Of a stretch of 53,859 bases of DNA, positions 19,392-29,089 are shown piece after piece. Each line of letters starts with the position of its first letter. Position 1 is the stretch's first letter. Below the pieces are notes generated by a model. It was not told the DNA's origin. It was given only the letters and a program-made list of their open reading frames with translations, and ran no database searches. This stretch comes from Betaproteobacteria bacterium (lineage in GTDB: Bacteria; Pseudomonadota; Gammaproteobacteria; Burkholderiales; SG8-39), in assembly GCA_031389685.1 (NCBI GenBank), contig JANMSV010000085.1, positions 1 to 53,859 of the forward strand. The letters are read 5' to 3'. The translations under genes and the position numbers were made by a program.

Positions 19392-20198
19392 GCCGATCAG
19401 GTCGTAGATCACCCGCACCATGCCGTAGATGGCGGTTTTCAACATGATGCCGCTCATCAGCGCCGAGACCGGCGAGGGCGCCGCCGGGTGCGCCTCGGGC
19501 AGCCAGGCGTGCAGTGGAATCATCCCGGCCTTGGCGCCGAAGCCGAAGAACGCGAGCAGGAACGCCACCGTGGCCCAGCGCGGATCGAGCTCTGTCGAGC
19601 GCAGGGCGTCGAAGGTGTAGTCGCCATGGCCGCCGTGCATCACGCCGAAGCACAGCAGGATCGCGAGCGCGCCGAGGTGCGCGATCAGCAGGTAAAGGAA
19701 CCCGGCGCTGCGTACTGCCGGCAGCTTGTGGTCGGTGGTCACCAGGAAGTACGAAGACAGCGCCATCGTTTCCCACGCCACCATGAAAAGGTACGCGTCA
19801 TCGGCGAGGATCACGAACGCCATGCTGGCGAGGAACACGTGGTACTGCAGGCCGATGAGCGCGAGCCGCCCGGCGGTCTCATCGCGGAAATAGCCGGTGG
19901 CGTAAACGGAGATTCCCGCCGATACGGAGCCGAGCAGCATCAGGAAAAATCCAGCCAGCGGATCGACGCGCAGGTGGAAAGGGAGGTCGGGCAGCCCGAG
20001 CGGCAGGGTCAATTGCGCCGCAGGCAGCCAGATCGCCTGCAGCCCAAGCGCCGAAAGTGCAAGCCCAATCAGCGCGCCTAGCGGGAAGGCGAGTCGCCGT
20101 GCGGCGAACGCGTTGCCGGCGGGCAGCAGGGCGAGCGCCGCGATGACCAGCCAAGCAGCCGCCACGGCGACGATTGCGCCCGGGGAATCAACGGTCAT
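19392..20198 (-). pseudogene. Hydrogenase-4 component B (HyfB, NuoL-like antiporter subunit), 5' ~269 codons only
   Basis: WETMALSSYFLV and FGFGAKAGMIPLHAWLPEAHPAAPSPVSALMSGIMLKTAIYG match HyfB up to ..YDLIG. The frame then reads nonsense across the small-subunit gene. Confidence 0.75.
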
Positions 20199-20329
20199 GA
20201 AAACAACTTTCTGCCGTGAAGCCGGATATTAGCTCTAAGCACGACGGGTAGCGGCATGCTGTGCGGACGTCGGGAACAGCAGATCCCGTACGGCAATCGC
20301 CAGGATGGCGTGGAGCGCGCCGAACTCCA

Positions 20330-21526
20330 CTACGTCAACACGATGAGGGCTGCCACGATCAGTCCCGCGACGGCGCCCGCCGCCACGATGGCGGTGTCGC
20401 GCCGCTTCCAGCCTCCGCTCATGGCCATGGCCGTGGTCTGCATGGTGAGCGGGAGGGTGCTGGCCGTCGGGTCGTTCGCCTGCGCGGTGTCGCTCAGCGC
20501 GACCAGGCGCTGAGTCGCCTCCAGGGAATCGAATGTGCGCGACAGCCCGCGCGCCGGTGCCGGGTCCGGGGACGGCGACTCTTCCTCGGCGCGTCGCGAG
20601 CGCTCCACGGTCTGCGCCAGGAACGCCGATTTCACTTCGGCGTCCACCACTGCGGGCGCGAGCGCCGCCAGTGGCAGCGTGTTGGTGGCGCTCGGCGCGC
20701 CGTGCACCTGGTGCTCGCATTCACGCAGGCCACGGGCGATTTCAGCGGCGCTCTGGAACCGTTCCTCCAGCGCCTTGGCAAGCATTTTGCTCACGATCGC
20801 ATCGAGCGCGCTGGGCGCCGCCGGGTTGATGGCGCTCGGCGAGGGCGGCGCGAAATTCACGATCTGGTACATCACGGCGTTGACGCTTTCGCCGGTGAAC
20901 GGCGCCGCCCCCGTCAGCATTTCGTACAGGATCACGCCGAGCGAGAAGATGTCCGAACGATGGTCGGCGCGCTTGCCGATCACCTGCTCGGGAGACATGT
21001 ACTTCGGCGAGCCCATCATCATGCCGGTCTGCGTCTGCACGTTCGAGGAGCGCATGCGCGCGATGCCGAAATCCGTGATCTTCACCGCGCCGCTCTCGGG
21101 CACCATGATATTCGCCGGCTTGATGTCGCGGTGCACCACGCCGCGCTCGTGCGCGTAGGCCAGTCCCTCCGCCACTTGCGCCGCGATCGTCAGCGCACGC
21201 GGCACCGGCAACGGCTTGCCGGGCAGGAGCAGAGTGCGCAACTCTGCGCCCTCGATGTACTCCATCGCCATATAGCAGGCGCTCTCGGTCTTGCCGATGT
21301 CGTACACGGTGACGATGTTGGGATGGTTCAGTCCGCCGGCGGCGCGCGCTTCCTGGTAGAAGCGCTTCTCGTACATTTCCGCGCCGTCGCGGTCCATGCT
21401 CATATTGATGGTCTTGATGGCCACGGTGCGCTCGAGCATCGGGTCCTTCGCCTTGTAGACGATGCCCATCGCTCCGCGGCCGATCTCGGCGAGGATCTCG
21501 AAGCGGCCGAGTTTGTTCTCGTCCAT
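20330..21526 (-). CDS. Hanks-type Ser/Thr protein kinase, C-terminally tail-anchored
   Basis: GRGAMGIVYKA, AIK, HRDIKPANIM, TDFGIAR and YMSPEQ are present. A single TM helix sits at the extreme C-terminus (AIVAAGAVAGLIVAALIVLT). Confidence 0.9.
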   Translation of the reverse strand: MDENKLGRFEILAEIGRGAMGIVYKAKDPMLERTVAIKTINMSMDRDGAEMYEKRFYQEARAAGGLNHPNIVTVYDIGKTESACYMAMEYIEGAELRTLLLPGKPLPVPRALTIAAQVAEGLAYAHERGVVHRDIKPANIMVPESGAVKITDFGIARMRSSNVQTQTGMMMGSPKYMSPEQVIGKRADHRSDIFSLGVILYEMLTGAAPFTGESVNAVMYQIVNFAPPSPSAINPAAPSALDAIVSKMLAKALEERFQSAAEIARGLRECEHQVHGAPSATNTLPLAALAPAVVDAEVKSAFLAQTVERSRRAEEESPSPDPAPARGLSRTFDSLEATQRLVALSDTAQANDPTASTLPLTMQTTAMAMSGGWKRRDTAIVAAGAVAGLIVAALIVLT

Positions 21527-21544
21527 GTCGGCAGATACCTGCGG

Positions 21545-21943
21545 CTAGCGGCCGGCTTTGACCGAGCGGAACACCGGTCCCCAGGTCGGGTGGCCCGCCT
21601 CGGCCTGCGTCAGATCAAGTTTCGCATCGATCGCCAGCGCCCTGCGAAACTCGTCGCGGCACGCGGCCGCCCGGTCCGAAACGCAATGGATGAACGCGAG
21701 GTATTTGTGCGCTTTCACCCGGTCCTCAACGGGCAGGCCGTGGTCAAGGGCTGTCTGCAGGTTCCTGGCCGCCTCCGGATAGCTGCCGAGCTCGTACTGG
21801 CGCAACCCGACCTCCAGGGCCGGTCCGCCCCTTTCGCTCTTGAAGATGCCCCGGACGTCCTCCCAAAAGCCACGCAGCGGGCCAGTCGTGCAGGCGTTGG
21901 ACAGCAGCAGCACCGCACACATCGCGACCACCCGCGTCCGCAT
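21545..21943 (-). CDS. Putative lipoprotein with a TPR-like repeat
   Basis: The signal peptide plus Cys reads VVAMCAVLLLSNAC, which is not a perfect lipobox. A TPR-like segment follows (YELGSYPEAARNLQTAL...AFIHC). The start is ATG 21943. Confidence 0.6.
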   Translation of the reverse strand: MRTRVVAMCAVLLLSNACTTGPLRGFWEDVRGIFKSERGGPALEVGLRQYELGSYPEAARNLQTALDHGLPVEDRVKAHKYLAFIHCVSDRAAACRDEFRRALAIDAKLDLTQAEAGHPTWGPVFRSVKAGR

Positions 21944-22043
21944 CACCCTCCTGTCCCCCGGCCTTGATCTATTGGGCATTACAGTCAACCCGGCGCTGCC
22001 GGCATCGGCGCGCCACCGGACGAAAGATACCGCGAGCGCGCGA

Positions 22044-23219
22044 TCAGCGAAAGTGATGGCTGACCTGCACGGGCGTCCCGGCTTTCACGTCGACGCGCTG
22101 CAGGAGCGGCCTGAAGGACCCGTTTCGCACTTCGATCAGGTGCGGGCCGGCCGCGAGTTCCACCGTGCGCAGCGGTGGGCTGACGCCGCGTCTCTTGCCG
22201 TCCACGAACACCTCGCCCCAGGGAAGGACGATGAGCTGCACGACCCCGGTGGTGGCGGCTTTCGCCGGCGCGGCTGCCACACTGGTCGTCGCGGCCTGGG
22301 CGCGCGCCGCTTTGGCGGCCAGCGCCTCACGGCGTGCAGCCTTTTGCGCGGCAGTCAACTGCTTTCGAGGGGGCGCAGCTTCGGCGGGCGCTGTTACTGA
22401 TGGTTTTTCGGGGACCGGGGCGGTGTCCGCCGGCACGGACGCCGGCTTGAACACTTGAATTTGCGCCAATGGCGCAGGCTTCATCGCGGTCTGCACAGGC
22501 TTCATTTGAGCGCGCACCGCGACACCCCCGCCGACCAGCAGCGCAAACGCGAGCGGGGCACTGAGCAGTGCGATGCGGTGCACGCCGAACGGGCGCGCGT
22601 CGGTGAGTTCGCCGATCAGCCGCGGCGTGCCGCGGCGCGGCGCTACGCGCCGTGAACTGGTCTCGATCACGCGCCGCGCGGCATCCGTGCCGATGCCCAC
22701 GGAGTACACCTCGTGCTCGCGCACGTGCTTGTCGGTGCGCGCCCCTACGTAGCTGAACAGGCTGGCATAGTCGAGCGACAGGCACGACACGACCTCGTAA
22801 TACGAGCGCGACACCAGCAATTGTCCCGACTGCGCGAACGTCATCACGCGCTGGGCGACATTGATGCCGTCGCCGATGATGTTCATTTGCCCGTTGATGT
22901 CCTTCACCAGGCGCACCGGACCCAGGTTGACGCCGATGCGGATGGAGATCGCGCCCGTGGCCTCGGCGCGCGCCGCGGCCCGCAGCGACATGGCGACGAA
23001 CAGCGCGTCTTCGGGATCGCCGAGGAAGGTGATGCCGGCGCCGTCGCCGGTGTCCAGAACCACGCGGTCGCGCGGCACGACGTTCTCCAGCGCGGCGCTG
23101 AGCAGCTTGTTGAACGCCTGTTTGAGCAGCAATTGCTCCGCCACCGGCTTCGTCGAATACTCGACGATGTCCAGGAATACGATGCTGCAAACCAGCGTGC
23201 GGCTGGGATGTTCGATCAT
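22044..23219 (-). CDS. Class III adenylate/guanylate cyclase - TM - Ala/Pro linker - PEGA domain protein
   Basis: The cyclase core shows VFLDIVEYST, DTGDGAGITF, IGVNLGPV and GDGINVAQRV. The TM segment is IALLSAPLAFALLVGGGVAV. The C-terminal PEGA-like segment is VLPWGEVFVDGKRRGVSP...GPHLIEVRN. Confidence 0.8.
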   Translation of the reverse strand: MIEHPSRTLVCSIVFLDIVEYSTKPVAEQLLLKQAFNKLLSAALENVVPRDRVVLDTGDGAGITFLGDPEDALFVAMSLRAAARAEATGAISIRIGVNLGPVRLVKDINGQMNIIGDGINVAQRVMTFAQSGQLLVSRSYYEVVSCLSLDYASLFSYVGARTDKHVREHEVYSVGIGTDAARRVIETSSRRVAPRRGTPRLIGELTDARPFGVHRIALLSAPLAFALLVGGGVAVRAQMKPVQTAMKPAPLAQIQVFKPASVPADTAPVPEKPSVTAPAEAAPPRKQLTAAQKAARREALAAKAARAQAATTSVAAAPAKAATTGVVQLIVLPWGEVFVDGKRRGVSPPLRTVELAAGPHLIEVRNGSFRPLLQRVDVKAGTPVQVSHHFR

Positions 23220-23257
23220 GCGTCGAGCCGGAAGCGGCGCGACGGCCGCGGGGAAAG

Positions 23258-25336
23258 CTATTTTACGCGCATGCCCGGTTGCGCCCCGGTGTCCGGCGAA
23301 ATGAGGAATATTCCCGGTTCTTCCCCCGAGGCGGCGAGCACCATGCCTTCGGAAACCCCGAACTTCATCGTGCGCGGGGCGAGATTGGCGACCACCACCG
23401 CGAGCTTTCCCTCGAGACTGGCCGGGTCGTAGGCCGACTTGATGCCGGCGAACACGGTGCGCGTGCTGCCGCCGAGGTCGAGGGTGAGTTTCAGCAGCTT
23501 GTCGGCGCCCTCCACGTGTTCCGCACTGGCGATTCTCGCCACGCGCAGGTCAAGTTTGTTGAAGTCGTCGATCGTGACAATGTCTGACACGGATTTCTCC
23601 TTGGCTGCGTGCTGCTGATGTTCGGCGTGGCGCTGTGGAGCCGTGGCCTGCGGCACCGATGCGATGTCGAACAGCGCATCAAGTTGCCTGTCATCAACAC
23701 GACTGGTGAGGTGCTTGTAAGCCCCAATCGCGTGATCCTGGCCCAGATACTTCTGCAGATCGTTCCAGGAGAATTGCCTGACGCCTAACATCTGCGCCGA
23801 CAGATCTGCCGTGCGCGGCAGCACCGGTGCCAGCAGGATCGCCAGGAATCGGAATGCTTCAATCGCCTCCGAACATACGATGTGCAGCCGCGTCTCTTGG
23901 TCAGACTGTTTGGCCAGCTCCCACGGCTTCTCGGCGTCCACAAATCGGTTCACATCGTCCGCGAGGTCCATGATGCGTCGAATCGCCTTGCCGAACTCGC
24001 GGGCCTCATAGAAAGCCGCGATTTCCGGTGCGGCGTTCTTCACTGTTGAGGCAATGTCCAAGACAGACTCTTTCTTCAGTCCTACGCCCTGCAACTTCCC
24101 GGCAAACCGCTTCGTGATGAACGGGGCACACCGGCTGGCAATGTTCACGAACTTGCCCACCAGATCGCTGTTCACGCGCGCCAGGAAGTCATCCGGATTG
24201 AAATCCAGATCCTCGACGTTCGCGTTCAGCTTGGCGGCGATGTAGTAGCGCAGCCACTCCGGGTTCATGCCCAGCTCGAGGTAGCGCAGTGGGCTGATGC
24301 CGGTGCCGCGCGACTTGGACATCTTGTCGCCGGACACGGTGATGAAGCCGTGCACGTAGACGTGGTCGGGCACCTTGTAGGGCTTGCCCGCGTACTCCAG
24401 CATCGCCGGCCAGAACAGGGTGTGGAAATAGATGATGTCCTTGCCGATGAAATGGATCTGCTCGGTGCCCGGGTCCTGCAGGAGTCGCTCGAAGTCCAGG
24501 CCGGCCTTGGCGCAGTAGTTCTTGAAGCTCGCGAGGTAGCCGATCGGCGCATCCAGCCAGACGTAAAGGTACTTCTCCTCCTCGATGTCGGGCACGCGGA
24601 TGCCGAAATAGGGCGGGTCGCGCGAGATGTCCCAGTCGCCCAGCGCCTTGTCGCCTTCTCCGTCCAGCCACTCCTTCGTCTTGTTGACCACCTGCGGCTG
24701 CAGGCGCCCCGGCTTGTCCAGCCAGCGCCGCAGGAAGGCCTTGCACTTGGCGTCGGACAGGCGGAAGAAGTGGTGTTCCGACGTCTTCAGCACCGGCGCG
24801 GCGCCGGACAGGGTCGAGTAGGGGTTCTTCAGGTCGGTCGCCGAGTACGCCGCGCTGCAGTTCTCGCAGGCATCCCCGTACTGGTCCTTGGCGCCGCAAT
24901 TCGGGCACTCGCCCTTGATGTAGCGGTCGGCCAGGAACATGTTTTTCACGGGATCGAAGAACTGCTCGACCGGCTTGTTGTAGACCAGCCCCGCCTTCTT
25001 CAGCCGGCGGTAAATGTCCTGCGACAGCTCGGTGTTCTCCACCGAATGCGTCGAGTGCCAGTTGTCGAACGCGATATGGAAGCCGTCCAGATACTGCTTG
25101 CGGCCCCGCGCGATCGCGGCGACGAACTCCTCGGGCGCCTTGCCGGCTTTCTCCGCGGCGAGCATGATCGGCGCGCCATGCGCGTCGTCCGCGCCGACGA
25201 AATGCACCACGTGGCCCTGCATGCGCTGGAAGCGCACCCAGATGTCGGCCTGGATGTACTCCATGATGTGGCCGATGTGGAATGGCCCGTTGGCGTAGGG
25301 CAGCGCGGTGGTGACGAACAGCCTGCGTTGCGGCAT
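23258..25336 (-). CDS. metG: Methionine--tRNA ligase
   Basis: The HIGH motif (ANGPFHIGH), KMSKS, zinc knuckle CPNCG...CENC and a C-terminal EMAP/tRNA-binding domain are present. Confidence 0.97.
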   Translation of the reverse strand: MPQRRLFVTTALPYANGPFHIGHIMEYIQADIWVRFQRMQGHVVHFVGADDAHGAPIMLAAEKAGKAPEEFVAAIARGRKQYLDGFHIAFDNWHSTHSVENTELSQDIYRRLKKAGLVYNKPVEQFFDPVKNMFLADRYIKGECPNCGAKDQYGDACENCSAAYSATDLKNPYSTLSGAAPVLKTSEHHFFRLSDAKCKAFLRRWLDKPGRLQPQVVNKTKEWLDGEGDKALGDWDISRDPPYFGIRVPDIEEEKYLYVWLDAPIGYLASFKNYCAKAGLDFERLLQDPGTEQIHFIGKDIIYFHTLFWPAMLEYAGKPYKVPDHVYVHGFITVSGDKMSKSRGTGISPLRYLELGMNPEWLRYYIAAKLNANVEDLDFNPDDFLARVNSDLVGKFVNIASRCAPFITKRFAGKLQGVGLKKESVLDIASTVKNAAPEIAAFYEAREFGKAIRRIMDLADDVNRFVDAEKPWELAKQSDQETRLHIVCSEAIEAFRFLAILLAPVLPRTADLSAQMLGVRQFSWNDLQKYLGQDHAIGAYKHLTSRVDDRQLDALFDIASVPQATAPQRHAEHQQHAAKEKSVSDIVTIDDFNKLDLRVARIASAEHVEGADKLLKLTLDLGGSTRTVFAGIKSAYDPASLEGKLAVVVANLAPRTMKFGVSEGMVLAASGEEPGIFLISPDTGAQPGMRVK

Positions 25337-25379
25337 TGCTGGCCCGAGGAAAACGCGGATTTTAGCTTACACTTGCGGC

Positions 25380-26465
25380 ATGCCCCTGAGTGAATCCGAG
25401 GTCCGCTCCCTGCTCTCCAAACTGGTCGATCCGAATACCGGCAAGGACTACGTCAGCACGCGTTCTTTGAAGAGCCTCCAGGTGTCCGGCGCGGACGTGC
25501 AGCTCGAGATCGAGCTGGGGTACCCCGGCAAGAGCCAGTTCGAGCCGATCAAGCGCGCGCTGGTCGCGGCGTTGAAGCAGGCGGGCGACGCCAACGTGAG
25601 CGTCGGCGTGGGCTCGAAGGTGGTGTCGCACGCCGTGCAGCGCGGCGTGAAGCTGGTGCCGGGCATCAAGAACATCATCGCGGTGGCCTCCGGCAAGGGC
25701 GGCGTGGGCAAGAGCACCACCGCGGTTAACCTGGCGCTGGCGCTCGCCGCCGAAGGCGCCACGGTGGGCATCCTCGATGCGGATATCTACGGCCCGTCGC
25801 AGCCGATGATGCTCGGCATCGCGGGACGGCCGGAGTCGAAGGATGGCAAGGGCCTCGAACCGATGATGGGCCACGGCCTGCAGGCAATCTCGATCGGTTT
25901 CCTGATCGACGTCGACACGCCGATGGTGTGGCGCGGGCCGATGGTGACGCAGGCGCTCGAGCAGCTGCTCAAGGACACGCGCTGGCGCGACCTGGACTAC
26001 CTGGTGGTGGACCTGCCGCCGGGCACCGGGGACATTCAATTGACGCTGGCGCAGAAAGTGCCGGTGACCGGCGCCGTCATCGTCACCACGCCGCAGGACA
26101 TCGCACTGATCGATGCGCGCAAGGGCCTCAAGATGTTCGAGAAGGTCGGCATCCCGATTCTGGGCGTGGTGGAGAACATGTCCGTCCACGTGTGCCCCAA
26201 GTGCGGCCACCAGAGCCACATTTTCGGCAGTGGTGGTGCCGAACGCATGTGCAAGGACTACGGCACCGTGCTGCTGGGCCAGCTGCCGCTGGACGAGTCG
26301 ATCCGCGCACAGGCGGATTCGGGCAAGCCGACGGTGGTTGCCGATCCCGAGGGCAAGTCGGCGGAAATTTACCGGCGCATCGCGCGCCTGTGCGCAGTCA
26401 AGATCGCCGAGTCGCAGAAGGACATGACCGGCAAGTTCCCCAATATCGTCGTGCAGAACACCTGA
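25380..26465 (+). CDS. apbC: Iron-sulfur cluster carrier protein ApbC/Mrp
   Basis: The deviant Walker A SGKGGVGKST and CPKCGH are present, with an N-terminal DUF59-like part. Confidence 0.92.
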   Translation: MPLSESEVRSLLSKLVDPNTGKDYVSTRSLKSLQVSGADVQLEIELGYPGKSQFEPIKRALVAALKQAGDANVSVGVGSKVVSHAVQRGVKLVPGIKNIIAVASGKGGVGKSTTAVNLALALAAEGATVGILDADIYGPSQPMMLGIAGRPESKDGKGLEPMMGHGLQAISIGFLIDVDTPMVWRGPMVTQALEQLLKDTRWRDLDYLVVDLPPGTGDIQLTLAQKVPVTGAVIVTTPQDIALIDARKGLKMFEKVGIPILGVVENMSVHVCPKCGHQSHIFGSGGAERMCKDYGTVLLGQLPLDESIRAQADSGKPTVVADPEGKSAEIYRRIARLCAVKIAESQKDMTGKFPNIVVQNT

Positions 26466-26474
26466 GCGGCCGGG

Positions 26475-27038
26475 GTGAGCGTCAAATCGGACAAGTGGAT
26501 CCGCCGCATGGCGGCGCAGGGCATGATCGAGCCCTTCGAAGCCGGGCAGGTGAAGGAAGTCGCCGGCAAGCGCGTGGTGTCCTACGGCACCTCCAGCTAC
26601 GGCTACGACGTCCGCTGTGCGGACGAATTCAAGATCTTCACCAACATCAACTCGACCATCGTCGATCCCAAGGCCTTCGACGCGAAGTCCTTCGTCGATT
26701 TCAAGGGCGCGGTGTGCATCATTCCACCCAATTCCTTCGCCCTGGCGCGCACCGTGGAGTATTTCCGCATCCCGCGCAGCGTGCTCACCATCTGCCTGGG
26801 AAAGTCCACCTACGCGCGTTGCGGTATCATCGTCAATGTGACGCCCCTCGAACCCGAGTGGCAGGGCCACGTGACGCTGGAGTTTTCCAACACCACGCCG
26901 CTGCCGGCGAAGATCTACGCCGGCGAGGGCTGCGCGCAGGTGATCTTCCTGGAGTCGGACGAGGTGTGCGAGACGTCCTACCGCGATCGCGGCGGCAAAT
27001 ACCAGGGGCAGCAGGGCGTCACGCTGCCCCGCATCTGA
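26475..27038 (+). CDS. dcd: dCTP deaminase
   Basis: [17 protein letters not shown] and EF.N motifs are present. The start is GTG. Confidence 0.92.
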   Translation: MSVKSDKWIRRMAAQGMIEPFEAGQVKEVAGKRVVSYGTSSYGYDVRCADEFKIFTNINSTIVDPKAFDAKSFVDFKGAVCIIPPNSFALARTVEYFRIPRSVLTICLGKSTYARCGIIVNVTPLEPEWQGHVTLEFSNTTPLPAKIYAGEGCAQVIFLESDEVCETSYRDRGGKYQGQQGVTLPRI

Positions 27039-27149
27039 GCCCACAAGTATTAGTGGGTCGGCCGGTTAGCGCGCCTACCTATAGTAGTTTCTCAGACCCG
27101 GCGCCCGTCCGCTCCCAGTGCGATGCGCATTCAGGCGCTCACAAAGCCC

Positions 27150-27177
27150 TTGACTCGCAGGGGGTCATCCCTATAAT
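27150..27177 (+). promoter_or_regulatory. Near-consensus sigma70 promoter TTGACT-16 nt-TATAAT
   Basis: The hexamers are read directly at 27150-27155 and 27172-27177, about 50 nt upstream of the leader ORF ATG. Confidence 0.6.
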
Positions 27178-27225
27178 CGCCCCAAGTTTTCCCTGTTGGG
27201 TCAACGAGCTAAGAAGGAGGTCATC

Positions 27226-27291
27226 ATGACAAGCCAGAGGAACTCGGAGCCGAATTCCCGAGTCGTCGTTCGCGACATTCCTGAGACTTAG
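27226..27291 (+). CDS. Candidate leader peptide (21 aa, MTSQRNSEPNSRVVVRDIPET) upstream of the decarboxylase gene
   Basis: AAGGAGG lies 5 nt before ATG 27226. The stop TAG overlaps an in-frame GTG of the downstream ORF. A/T-ending codons are unusually frequent for this genome. It is too short for the ORF track. Confidence 0.45.
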   Translation: MTSQRNSEPNSRVVVRDIPET

Positions 27292-27311
27292 TGCATCCCG
27301 GGAGAATATTG

Positions 27312-28520
27312 ATGGGCGATCGCCCGAGCAACCTCGTACGCAACAGACAGCAAACCCCGCTTGCGCAAGAACAGCTCTTCGACACGCATCCCGAAGTCAG
27401 CCTCGACTTCGAGATCGTGCGCCAGGCCGCGCGCCAGAAGTACACGCGGCCCTTCCTGATCGTGGATACCGCCATCGTGCGCGAAAAACTGCGCCGCTTC
27501 CGCACCGCCATGCCGCGCGTGCGCCCGCATTACGCGGTGAAGGCCAATCCCGACCGGCGCGTGCTGAAGGCGCTGGTGCAGGAAGGCGCGGGCTTCGAGA
27601 TCGCTTCGACTGCGGAGCTCGACCTGCTGCTGTCCCTGGGTGTGCCCGCAGCGGAAGTTTTTTTCTCCAATCCAATGCGCTCGCGCGAGGCCGACGCCTA
27701 TGCCGCGGCGCAGGGCCTGCGCTGGTTCGTCGTCGACAGCGTGGACGAGTTGCGTCGCATGCACGGCGTGGATCCCACGGCGCAGCTTTACCTGCGCATC
27801 GCCACCCCGAACATCGGCAGCGACTGGCCCTTGTCCGGCAAGTTCGGCGCCGGCGCCGGAGAGACGCGCGAGATCATCGCCATGGCGGCAAAGCTCGGCG
27901 CGGACCTCGCGGGGGTCACCTTTCACGCCGGCTCGCAGTGCCGCAACCCGGCGAACTGGCGCGTCGGCATCGAAAAAGCACGCACTGTGTTCGACGCCAT
28001 GCTCAAGGCCGGGCTCAGGCCGCGCCTGCTCGACATCGGCGGCGGGTTTCCGGTACGCCACGTCAAGCCCATCCCCTCGATCGAGGTGATCGGCGAGGTG
28101 GTGAACGAGGCGCTGAAGGTGTTTGCGGACGACGTGCAGGTGATCGCCGAGCCAGGCCGCTACCTGGTGTCCGACGCCGGCTATTTCGTGTGCCGCATGC
28201 TCGGCACCGCGACGCGCGGCGGCAAGCGCTGGATGCACTGGGACGCGGGACTGTTCGGCGGCGTGATCGAGACCACCGAGGGATTGAAATACAAGATCCG
28301 CACCGAGCGTTCGGGGCCGGACGTCGCCTGGCACGTCGCCGGACCGACCTGCGATTCGGTGGACGTGATCATGCGCGAGGAGCCTCTGCCCTCGGATCTG
28401 CAGGAGGGCGATTTCATTTACCTGCGCAATGCGGGCGCCTACACCACGGCCTACGCCAGCGAGTTCAACGGGTTCCCGCTGCCCGAGGTGCGCGTGTTCG
28501 AGTCCAAGCCGAAGCGCTAG
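27312..28520 (+). CDS. Type III PLP-dependent decarboxylase, ornithine/lysine/arginine decarboxylase family (eukaryotic-ODC-like)
   Basis: HYAVKANPD (PLP Lys), FEIAS, HAGSQC, DIGGGFP and AGPTCDSVD are present. ATG 27312 lies 6 nt after GGGAGA; the alternative start is GTG 27291. Confidence 0.85.
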   Translation: MGDRPSNLVRNRQQTPLAQEQLFDTHPEVSLDFEIVRQAARQKYTRPFLIVDTAIVREKLRRFRTAMPRVRPHYAVKANPDRRVLKALVQEGAGFEIASTAELDLLLSLGVPAAEVFFSNPMRSREADAYAAAQGLRWFVVDSVDELRRMHGVDPTAQLYLRIATPNIGSDWPLSGKFGAGAGETREIIAMAAKLGADLAGVTFHAGSQCRNPANWRVGIEKARTVFDAMLKAGLRPRLLDIGGGFPVRHVKPIPSIEVIGEVVNEALKVFADDVQVIAEPGRYLVSDAGYFVCRMLGTATRGGKRWMHWDAGLFGGVIETTEGLKYKIRTERSGPDVAWHVAGPTCDSVDVIMREEPLPSDLQEGDFIYLRNAGAYTTAYASEFNGFPLPEVRVFESKPKR

Positions 28521-28538
28521 GGTGGGCCGGGGCGCTCC

Positions 28539-29048
28539 CTACACCCTCTCGTAGAGTACGAAATCGAACTGCAGCCCGTCGGCGCCAGTGTGCGGCTTTC
28601 TCTGGGTTTCGCGCCAGGCGGCGCGGTCGTACTCCGGGAAGCGTACATCGCCCGCGTACTCGCGCTGGATCTCGGTCAGCACCAGCCCATGGGCCTGCGG
28701 CAGTGCCGCCGCGTATATTTCGCGGCCGCCGATGACAAACACGGTCGGCTCTCCCGCGCATAGCGCCAGCGCGCCCTCCAGCGAGGCTGCGACGCTCGCG
28801 CCGGCCGCCTCGTAGCCTGGCGCGCGCGTGAGGACGATGTTTTCGCGGCCCGGCAGGGGCTTGCCAAGGGAGTCCCAAGTCTTGCGGCCCATGATGACCG
28901 GGTGGCCCATCGTGAGCATTTTGAAGTGCTGCAAGTCTTCCGGCAGGTGCCAGGGCAGCTTGCCGTTCGCGCCGATGATGCCGTTGGCGGCCACGGCTGC
29001 GACCAAATACACGCGGGGGGTTGCGCAGCGTGCCGTAGCCTGTGACAT
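28539..29048 (-). CDS. folA: Dihydrofolate reductase
   Basis: IIGANGKLPWHLPEDLQHFK, VIMGRKTW and VIGG are present. Confidence 0.93.
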   Translation of the reverse strand: MSQATARCATPRVYLVAAVAANGIIGANGKLPWHLPEDLQHFKMLTMGHPVIMGRKTWDSLGKPLPGRENIVLTRAPGYEAAGASVAASLEGALALCAGEPTVFVIGGREIYAAALPQAHGLVLTEIQREYAGDVRFPEYDRAAWRETQRKPHTGADGLQFDFVLYERV

Positions 29049-29089
29049 TTGGCCCTTCCTGACATTGTTTTACGTGAGATTATAGGGAC

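Noticed and set aside
27039-27058. The short hairpin GCCCAC-AAGTATTA-GTGGGT after dcd, considered as a terminator.
   Set aside because: It has only 5-6 bp including a G-U pair, and no T-tract. The evidence is too weak to annotate.
29043-29066. The direct repeat TGACATT...TGACATT in the 41-bp folA / kinase divergent spacer.
   Set aside because: It is only 7 nt long, one copy overlaps the folA start codon, and it could easily arise by chance.
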